Shown here piece by piece: positions 38,097 to 44,391 of a stretch of 44,391 nt of DNA. Each line of letters opens with the position of its first letter. Position 1 is the stretch's first letter. The position numbers and the translations under genes are program-made. This stretch comes from Alphaproteobacteria bacterium. GTDB lineage: Bacteria > Pseudomonadota > Alphaproteobacteria > Micavibrionales > SZUA-601. The DNA lies in NCBI GenBank assembly GCA_003250865.1, contig QKJH01000181.1:1-44391 (forward strand), given 5' to 3'. A model generated the notes under the pieces. That model worked only from the letters and a program-made list of their open reading frames with translations, was not told the origin of the DNA and ran no database searches.

Positions 38097-40880
38097 TTAT
38101 CGTCCTATATAATGATCGTCGTATGCCGAACCGTTGATATTGATGGCGTTGGAATTGATTCGCGCCGACAACATTCCTGCTGGTGTCCAGTAATCATATA
38201 AATAGCAGGATACGGTATAATTCCCGTTCGGGAACCAAAGCGGAGTGTAATGAAGCCTTCTTCCGTCCGCATACGGATTTATCTGAAATTGAAATGTTCC
38301 CGATATAGATTGCAAGGTACGGTATTTGCCTGTTACCGCCTGATATGAAAACTCAGGGAAAGTGGCATAAGCACGTTGAATCGCCGTATATCCCGCGCTT
38401 CCGGGATAAACTGCACCGCTTACCGAAGTCATTGAGGGATAAAGCGAAAGCGTGTACCCATATCCCGATTTCATGTGCCACTGCCCGCCTGCGTATTGTG
38501 CGGATGGAGAGTTGCTATCAGGCGTTATTGTCGGTGTTGAGGCGGTGGATATTCTAATACCGTAGGTTGTTCTGACAAACGTACCACCTGAATAGCTCCA
38601 TTCGCTCCATGTGGCGGTATCAGCATAAACGGTGGGCGATGAGCTTACCGTCCACCCGGCAGGCTTATTTGCTTCGTACTGCGTGTTTGGCGTTTGCGAC
38701 GTAGCGTCTGAATAAATATATTGAGAAGTATAGAAATAATTGTTACCTGTGTTGCCATCGTAGATATTTGAAGATACAGACGCATTCAGATAAACATATC
38801 TGCCCGACGCATCAGGAGGGATATACCATTTAAAATAGACAAGATTGCTGTCATATGCGGGAATGACGGTTCCTTTGGCTGTATTCACAAGATAAACCAA
38901 CGATCCGCTGGGATTGTAATAATAGGCGTAAAACCAAACAGTGGCATTGTTGCCCGGTATCAGATTTCGTCCACTGTAATTGTTAATTCTATAGCTTGTG
39001 ATGACTTCCGTTCCTGCACGATAATTACTATTTGGTGCAATGATGGAAATGCCCGCATCTACCTGACTGTTGACTGTTATAGTTGTGGAAGCTGTTTGAT
39101 TATTTGTGGTGTTTGCTTCGGAAGCTCGGTCATTCCAGTTTATCCGTGCATAAATGATTTTTGTCCCCGTACCACTTCCGACATTCAGATTGAAGGTATG
39201 ATAACCTATGCCGTATGCTGAAAAATTAACATATTGAGTAGCCACCACCTGACCGTTGTAAACAAGCTCAACAGGGATATTGTAATAGGCTTTTAAAAGG
39301 TTCCAGTTATCGGTACGACATGTGACGGTTACGGTTTGGCTTTCATAAACAGATGTTGACGATACCGACAGATCGCTAATGGAAAAATCCCGGTATTCTT
39401 TGACCGGAAAGGTTGTTGTTCTCTCATTATCATATGGGTCGGTTTCAGAATCCTTGGCAGCAAAGTTGATGCGGGTTTTCAGCACACGGTCATTTGTTCC
39501 CCAGCCGATATTTTTCGTGTAAGTTCGTGTAATAGTTTGATAACCGCCCGAAAAGTTAATATAGTCGGTATAAAAAAGCACATTGTCCAGATACAATTCG
39601 CACTTCACGTTGTTTTGAGCAATGTTCCGGTAATTTGTCCAATTTACCTCGAATGTGCAATTGGTATTTTCCGTAAGCTTTGCTGTACCGTATGATGTTA
39701 CTTGTTCACCGCTGATATTATACGCCGTCAGCCCCCATGTCCCAAAATCCCGCAACAAATGGATATTAACTGTTTTGGTACGGACATTATCTGAGTAGGT
39801 TGTTTCTGAGAAAGAATGTGAACCACTTGTACCGCCGTTTATTGCTGCCGTCAGAGTTTTGCTACCTTCAGAATAACCATTGACCGTGTAAGTTACCCAA
39901 TAACCTGAATATAGATCTGTATTCATCGACAGGTTATAATCAATGCTGCTGCCGCCCGACAGCGTGAGATTGGTCGGGATTGTCTGTGTTCCTTTTCCGT
40001 TATGATCGTTGGAATATAACACTCTGACCGTACCGCTTTCGGTGATGGTAGAATCCGCCTGTATTTCAGAAACCTTAAAATTCGTGGGATTTTGCCGGAC
40101 GATGGTACGCTTGTAATATTCTCTGATAGCGGGAGTACCAGAGGAACTGAATTCGCACAACATGGCTGCATTCTGCCAGTCTGACGCATAATAGGGCGCT
40201 GAATAATTCCGCACCGTGTCAGCCGTAAAGGTACTTGGATTTAATGGGTAAGTTGCTGTTTTGCAGTTGTTCATCCTTGTGGCATAGTAACTCCAACAAT
40301 AAGATTTCTGACTCCAATTCCAAAACTTGACCGGAAAAGTTTTTATCTGTGATGTCCAGTTTGAAGCATACACTTCCTTGCTCGGTGTTTCTACATTGCT
40401 TGAATCATTGATCTTAGCCTGTACCCAGCCTGTTTTACCTGCCTTTACACATTTATAATCATTATAGCTACTGGAATAGCCGCCGCCTTTTTGCCATAAG
40501 GTAAAGACCGTGTTAAGAGTCATCGTTCCGTTATAATTGTAAAAGTAGTTTTCAGCAAGCGTTTTTCCGCTCGATCCGTGTTCTGTGTTAAACTCCGCGA
40601 TGATGGTCGAATAGCGGAATTGATGATAATCCATGCCGCCCTCCAGAAACACCGTTTTTGAGGTAGAACCGGAAGAAATATTGATAAGATAGCCAAAAGC
40701 GTGTATTGCATATCCGGCGCTTCCATCATAGGACGGCATGGTGGTAGTCAATACGATTTTCTGCTGAACATCGTCCGCGCGAAATTCTGGCGTTGCCGCG
40801 CTTGCCGTAGCCGAACAAAAAATGACGCCGACTGTTGTCAGCGCCATTGTAAAAAGAATTTTTAATATTTTATTTTTCAC
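38097..40880 (-). CDS. large secreted beta-rich surface protein with CARDB-like repeats (putative adhesin)
   Basis: 927 aa. Signal peptide ending ATASA-AT. Composition rich in Y/T/N/S. Repeated units resemble CARDB domains (for example DLSVSSTSVYESQTVTVTCRTDN). No LPXTG motif. Confidence 0.65.
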   Translation of the reverse strand: MKNKILKILFTMALTTVGVIFCSATASAATPEFRADDVQQKIVLTTTMPSYDGSAGYAIHAFGYLINISSGSTSKTVFLEGGMDYHQFRYSTIIAEFNTEHGSSGKTLAENYFYNYNGTMTLNTVFTLWQKGGGYSSSYNDYKCVKAGKTGWVQAKINDSSNVETPSKEVYASNWTSQIKTFPVKFWNWSQKSYCWSYYATRMNNCKTATYPLNPSTFTADTVRNYSAPYYASDWQNAAMLCEFSSSGTPAIREYYKRTIVRQNPTNFKVSEIQADSTITESGTVRVLYSNDHNGKGTQTIPTNLTLSGGSSIDYNLSMNTDLYSGYWVTYTVNGYSEGSKTLTAAINGGTSGSHSFSETTYSDNVRTKTVNIHLLRDFGTWGLTAYNISGEQVTSYGTAKLTENTNCTFEVNWTNYRNIAQNNVKCELYLDNVLFYTDYINFSGGYQTITRTYTKNIGWGTNDRVLKTRINFAAKDSETDPYDNERTTTFPVKEYRDFSISDLSVSSTSVYESQTVTVTCRTDNWNLLKAYYNIPVELVYNGQVVATQYVNFSAYGIGYHTFNLNVGSGTGTKIIYARINWNDRASEANTTNNQTASTTITVNSQVDAGISIIAPNSNYRAGTEVITSYRINNYSGRNLIPGNNATVWFYAYYYNPSGSLVYLVNTAKGTVIPAYDSNLVYFKWYIPPDASGRYVYLNASVSSNIYDGNTGNNYFYTSQYIYSDATSQTPNTQYEANKPAGWTVSSSPTVYADTATWSEWSYSGGTFVRTTYGIRISTASTPTITPDSNSPSAQYAGGQWHMKSGYGYTLSLYPSMTSVSGAVYPGSAGYTAIQRAYATFPEFSYQAVTGKYRTLQSISGTFQFQINPYADGRRLHYTPLWFPNGNYTVSCYLYDYWTPAGMLSARINSNAININGSAYDDHYIGR

Positions 40881-40892
40881 TTTTATTTCCTC

Positions 40893-41948
40893 CTATGCCT
40901 TTTTCCAATCGCACAAGAAGTTGAAGCAATTTTCACTGAATAACAGGACATTAAAATCGTTGCACTTGCCAAAGCCATAGCGATCCTCCCCGGTGGAGGG
41001 GTAAACGGCTACCTCGACATCCCGATAATATTTGATTCCGTTTTGCAGCTCATACGCGGATGCTCCGCTCTCAAAGGTTACATATACCCGCGCCCGGATA
41101 AGCTGAACGCCGTTGTTATACATCAGGTTTCCGTCAGTAACCACACTGGCGGTTGAAATAATTTTATTATTTATGGCAAATTGCATATATTCGCAAATAT
41201 CCATGTGTGCGGATTCTCCTGTCCAAAACACAAGATCGGTCAAATATTTATCCCTGTCATTAGGATTAACACTTTGAATTTTACGGTAATCAATCGAATA
41301 ATACTGCGTCAGACCGCCGATGGCTGCATTGGCGGCTTTATCCCATGTGTTATAACCGCGCCACTTCATCTGTGCGCCAGTGATGATGTCCCCGCCCTCC
41401 ATTATGGTATAATCATAATTATATAGCTCTTGCGGAACATTGCTGTTGACGGATACCCAATCAGTTGCCTTTGGCTTGTTTCCGCTTGCCCCGGCAGGTT
41501 CATCACCGCGCGGAACGGGGTCTACGCCGACCACACCGCCGGGTGGATTTGAGGGCGTTTTATCGGGATTATTTCCTTTACTGTCGCCCGTACCGACCGA
41601 AACATCGTTATCGGTCTTGGACGGCGTTTTGGTTTCGGTTTTAACATCCCCTTGTGCCGTAGGTGAATTAGGATCGTTTGTGGAACTGGGCGTTTTGTCC
41701 TCACCTACCTCTACGGAGATGTCTGCTCCGGTTTCCCCGGAATTAATGTCCGTCCCGGACTGTTCTGTTTCGGCGGGTGACGGAAACTGAACATTTATAT
41801 CCGAGGTCGTTCCGGGTGTTCCCTTCTGCTGGTCGGTTGGTACGGAAGGCTTATCGGCTGTCATCATTATGCCTGTGACAACAAGCATAATGACCAACAC
41901 AGCAGAGGTGACGGCAATAACAATTTTGTTTTTAGACAGCTTTTTCAT
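40893..41948 (-). CDS. membrane-anchored protein with P/T/G/D-rich linker and C-terminal globular domain
   Basis: 351 aa with an N-terminal TM helix, about 130 aa of low-complexity linker, then a globular domain of about 190 aa. Confidence 0.65.
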   Translation of the reverse strand: MKKLSKNKIVIAVTSAVLVIMLVVTGIMMTADKPSVPTDQQKGTPGTTSDINVQFPSPAETEQSGTDINSGETGADISVEVGEDKTPSSTNDPNSPTAQGDVKTETKTPSKTDNDVSVGTGDSKGNNPDKTPSNPPGGVVGVDPVPRGDEPAGASGNKPKATDWVSVNSNVPQELYNYDYTIMEGGDIITGAQMKWRGYNTWDKAANAAIGGLTQYYSIDYRKIQSVNPNDRDKYLTDLVFWTGESAHMDICEYMQFAINNKIISTASVVTDGNLMYNNGVQLIRARVYVTFESGASAYELQNGIKYYRDVEVAVYPSTGEDRYGFGKCNDFNVLLFSENCFNFLCDWKKA

Positions 41949-41970
41949 GGCCTTAATTTCCTCCTTTATA

Positions 41971-42450
41971 TTATTTTAAGTTGTAATACGCGGTGACCTT
42001 TTGCGAAATGTTCAGGTCAAACAATCGGTGTCCCGCAAAAGTTATGGGGACAATCACATTGTAAGTTGCCCTGAGCTTTAAGGTGTTTTCATACTCAAAG
42101 TCAACATTTGGACAGGTCATTTTATAAATCACATTCCCGTCTGAGTCTTTATGATACATCATGTTTCGTTCAATTCCTAACGTGTAAAAGGATAAAAGCG
42201 AAGTAACATAGAGGTTTTCATCAATGTTCTCGGTAAAGTCGGTTCCTTTTTTAATGGAATCGTAAATCGTAATGGCGTTTTTGGTCACGAAGCCATCCAG
42301 CACAATCTGGGTGTTTTCCCTTGCGCTTTGAATCATCGTCATGGTATTTGCATAAAACAGAACAACCGAAAGGATCATGGCGATTACCAGCGTAATAATG
42401 CAGGGCGTTATATAGCCGCTGCCGCGTTTGTTTAATATTTTCTTATTCAT
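41971..42450 (-). CDS. TadE-like / pseudopilin-like protein
   Basis: Start MNKKILNKRGSGYITPCIITLVIAMIL at ATG 42448-42450. A short basic leader is followed by a hydrophobic helix, as in class III (Flp/Tad) signal peptides. Confidence 0.55.
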   Translation of the reverse strand: MNKKILNKRGSGYITPCIITLVIAMILSVVLFYANTMTMIQSARENTQIVLDGFVTKNAITIYDSIKKGTDFTENIDENLYVTSLLSFYTLGIERNMMYHKDSDGNVIYKMTCPNVDFEYENTLKLRATYNVIVPITFAGHRLFDLNISQKVTAYYNLK

Positions 42451-42458
42451 CCCTCCAC

Positions 42459-42866
42459 CTACTTCCAATACTTTTCGGATATACCACTGTAAGCTGCCGT
42501 CAGCGTTATTGGAATTTTAAATGCCCCTAAACCTCTGACATAAGTGGAATAGGTCAATGTGATTTTCAAACTGTCACCAAGCTGTACCCGCTGGTATGTG
42601 GCGTTGTAATAGCTGGCCGTCCATGAATAAGAGGGGTATAGCCCCGTTTCACCCGCAAGCTCGTAATATCGCGTGCTGGTTTCACCCGTGGTGCTCCCGC
42701 TTGCGGTTGCAGCTTCAACCATTTCCTTTGCAAAGTAGTCCAAATCCTGTTTTATTGTGAGAAAAGAAAAGACATTCAGAGCCAAAACAATGACCATCAT
42801 AGAAACCATGACGCCTACTACGGTGTCAATATATCCCTCACCGTTTTTGCGTTTTAATATTTTCAT
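42459..42866 (-). CDS. TadE-like / pseudopilin-like protein (DUF4320-like)
   Basis: Start MKILKRKNGEGYIDTVVGVMVSMMVIV at ATG 42864-42866 after GGAGGTGG. Same leader-helix architecture as its neighbour. Confidence 0.55.
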   Translation of the reverse strand: MKILKRKNGEGYIDTVVGVMVSMMVIVLALNVFSFLTIKQDLDYFAKEMVEAATASGSTTGETSTRYYELAGETGLYPSYSWTASYYNATYQRVQLGDSLKITLTYSTYVRGLGAFKIPITLTAAYSGISEKYWK

Positions 42867-42879
42867 ACCGCCACCTCCG

Positions 42880-43749
42880 TCAACTGAACAGAACGCCAAT
42901 GGAACTCATGATTTCCGTGATAATTACCACTGCATATACAAGCATAAAGCAGAACAGCAGGCAGAAGGATAACCGTTTGACCTTTCCCGGCACTTTTTGC
43001 GCTCTCATTCTGAGCAGTTGCCTTTGTATGTCTGCGAATTTCACCGAAAGCGACGCCCAATAAACGGCTGTATCATCGCCTCGGAGAACGCCGATCAGCC
43101 CCCGGCATACGTCGCTCATCATGGATGAACCGACGCGGGATTCTAACCTCGTCAAAGCGGCTTCGTAATTGCCGCTTCTCATATCGGCAACCGTAATATC
43201 CAATTCGTGTTTTAATTCTGATCCTGCATTTTCCCGGTAGGTTTCAAGAATATATAACACATCGCGGTTGTGTTTGATTGTTTTATCAATCGCAAAGACT
43301 AAACGCGGCAACTCGTATTCAATGGCCTCTCTCTTTGCCCGGATGCGCATACTCACGCCCCGGTATTCTCTTTGATACATATAGATTGTCAGAACCAGCA
43401 CGATGGGCGTAAACAACGGAAAAATAAAAAACACCGGCACTATAAAAATGCCGATGATCGCCGCTTTGATGATTGCGTTCGCCATGTGCCGTTCGGGGGA
43501 GATATTCATTCTGGCTGTCTGCAAGTCAGATTCAAGCTGTAACCGTCTGTATTCATTTAATCGGAGCTTCGACGAAATCCAGCTTGCTAAGTCTTTCAGC
43601 CATATTTCAAAACCGCTTATTTTCCGGCTCTGCATTTTGGATAACCCGGCAGCGGCTTTCGATGCTCTATAAAAGGGAATGCGAAAACAGTCTGCCAATA
43701 TAAAAAACAAGCCAATCCCTGATAGAGCGCCAACAATACCATGAAGCAT
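42880..43749 (-). CDS. type II secretion system F-family protein (TadC-like)
   Basis: 289 aa with TM-soluble-TM topology. The T2SSF-type segment is EYELPRLVFAID...SGNYEAALTRLESR. AAGGAGGTGG SD. Confidence 0.75.
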   Translation of the reverse strand: MLHGIVGALSGIGLFFILADCFRIPFYRASKAAAGLSKMQSRKISGFEIWLKDLASWISSKLRLNEYRRLQLESDLQTARMNISPERHMANAIIKAAIIGIFIVPVFFIFPLFTPIVLVLTIYMYQREYRGVSMRIRAKREAIEYELPRLVFAIDKTIKHNRDVLYILETYRENAGSELKHELDITVADMRSGNYEAALTRLESRVGSSMMSDVCRGLIGVLRGDDTAVYWASLSVKFADIQRQLLRMRAQKVPGKVKRLSFCLLFCFMLVYAVVIITEIMSSIGVLFS

Positions 43750-43761
43750 TAGACCACCTCC

Positions 43762-44391
43762 TTAACGCTTGTATTCAATGGGCTTCGTATATTTTTTCAT
43801 AAACAAATCCGTTATCAAAATGACCGTTCCGCAGATGCCGAGTATGAGTTTTCCGGGGAAGCTGAATAATAAGGTATCAAACCAATCCCGGTTGAGCATA
43901 TACAACAAAGGAATATTCATCACGACCAAAAGAATCATCATCCAGTATTCATTTTTAGCGGCAGACAGCATTGTTTTCAATTCGCTGTTTACAATACGTA
44001 CGTCGGTCAATTTGCCCACGACCGAAAGAAGCGTATCCTTTAAGGTTCTATCGTCCTGGCATTGCAGGAGTGTGTCAACCCATTCCCTAAAAATGTCATT
44101 ATCAATTTTATTTTTTAGGTTGTTCAACGCGCGCTTCACATCGGAAGAAACGGCGGCTGTTTCGCCTAAAAATCCTCTGAATATCTCCCGGATCGGCGGC
44201 TTGATATAGATAATGTTTTCACTGACAGCCGCGATAATATCGTCACTTCTTATATATGATGTGCTGATGATACTAAGCGAAGTTTCCAATTCTTCTTTGA
44301 TATGCTTATCATAATAGGTCAGGGCGCTTTGTACATAAAAGAACGGGATGAGTGCCATTACCACTGAAAGGACGGGAAATAGAAAGAGATT
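43762..44391 (-). CDS. type II secretion system F-family protein (TadB-like), 5' end outside the window
   Basis: The frame stays open to the window edge (NLFLFPVLSVVMALIPFFYV reads as a TM helix). The GTG at 44364 is probably not the real start. Confidence 0.7.
   Translation of the reverse strand, partial: NLFLFPVLSVVMALIPFFYVQSALTYYDKHIKEELETSLSIISTSYIRSDDIIAAVSENIIYIKPPIREIFRGFLGETAAVSSDVKRALNNLKNKIDNDIFREWVDTLLQCQDDRTLKDTLLSVVGKLTDVRIVNSELKTMLSAAKNEYWMMILLVVMNIPLLYMLNRDWFDTLLFSFPGKLILGICGTVILITDLFMKKYTKPIEYKR

Larger units (their letters stand above)
11752..44391. mobile_element. integrative conjugative element (partial; Gram-positive T4SS type), truncated by the window end
   Basis: An uninterrupted run of conjugation genes (CHAP, VirB4, PrgI, VirB6-like, Maff2, VirD4, PcfB, relaxase, MobC) plus an accessory region. 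There is a clear shift to higher GC relative to 1-11.6 kb. No integrase or att sites were identified in the window. Confidence 0.85.

Noticed and set aside
1-44391. Search by eye for CRISPR arrays, tRNA/rRNA genes, IS elements, integrase/recombinase genes and reverse transcriptases.
   Set aside because: - No regularly spaced direct repeats were seen.
- No tRNA-like cloverleaf candidates were seen in intergenic gaps.
- No transposase, integrase or RT-like translations appear in the ORF track.
- A proper scan (tRNAscan, Infernal, CRISPR finders) would still be needed to exclude small RNAs.

Overview
This 44.4 kb window looks like a low-GC Firmicutes/Clostridia-type chromosome and falls into two parts. 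No tRNA, rRNA, CRISPR array or transposase was seen by eye. All family names come from recognising motifs in the translations. No database search was run.

**Part A, about 1-11.6 kb (AT-rich host DNA, metal and Fe-S themed)**
- A long minus-strand operon runs NifX-like / two MinD-Mrp-like Fe-S ATPases / NifX-like / DUF5320-like with zinc ribbon / DtxR-family regulator / two more DUF5320-like genes. A hairpin follows, then def and a radical SAM gene.
- A Zn/Mn-type ABC importer operon ends in a Fur-family (Zur-like) regulator.
- A Crp/Fnr regulator is divergent from a split permease / ferredoxin / NapH-like operon, followed by a cupin gene.

**Part B, about 11.75 kb to the window end (visibly more GC-rich): part of an integrative conjugative element with a Gram-positive type IV secretion module**
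- Transfer genes: CHAP hydrolase, VirB4, PrgI, VirB6-like, Maff2, VirD4, ArdC-N-like, PcfB, relaxase, MobC.
- A candidate oriT carries two perfect inverted repeats.
- A co-oriented putative leading region holds DpnD/PcfM, a DUF3991-Toprim protein, an AT-rich orphan gene, a 2751-aa ArdC-N / adenine-methyltransferase / SNF2-helicase polyvalent ORF and small LPD/YodL-type genes.
- An HTH gene follows, then a Tad/Flp-like pilus segment with a 927-aa secreted beta-rich protein.
- No integrase or second element end lies inside the window.

**Most unusual observations**
1. A TnpV-like gene with its own Shine-Dalgarno (SD) sequence is encoded out of frame inside the low-complexity linker of the 2751-aa ORF.
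2. An AT-rich single-gene cargo cassette sits in the leading region.
3. An uncharacterised DUF5320/NifX/MinD-FeS/DtxR operon has an operator-like motif that recurs at three promoters.
4. A Tad-like pilus plus giant adhesin is carried next to the conjugation genes.
5. One gene is split at a C6/G6 homopolymer.
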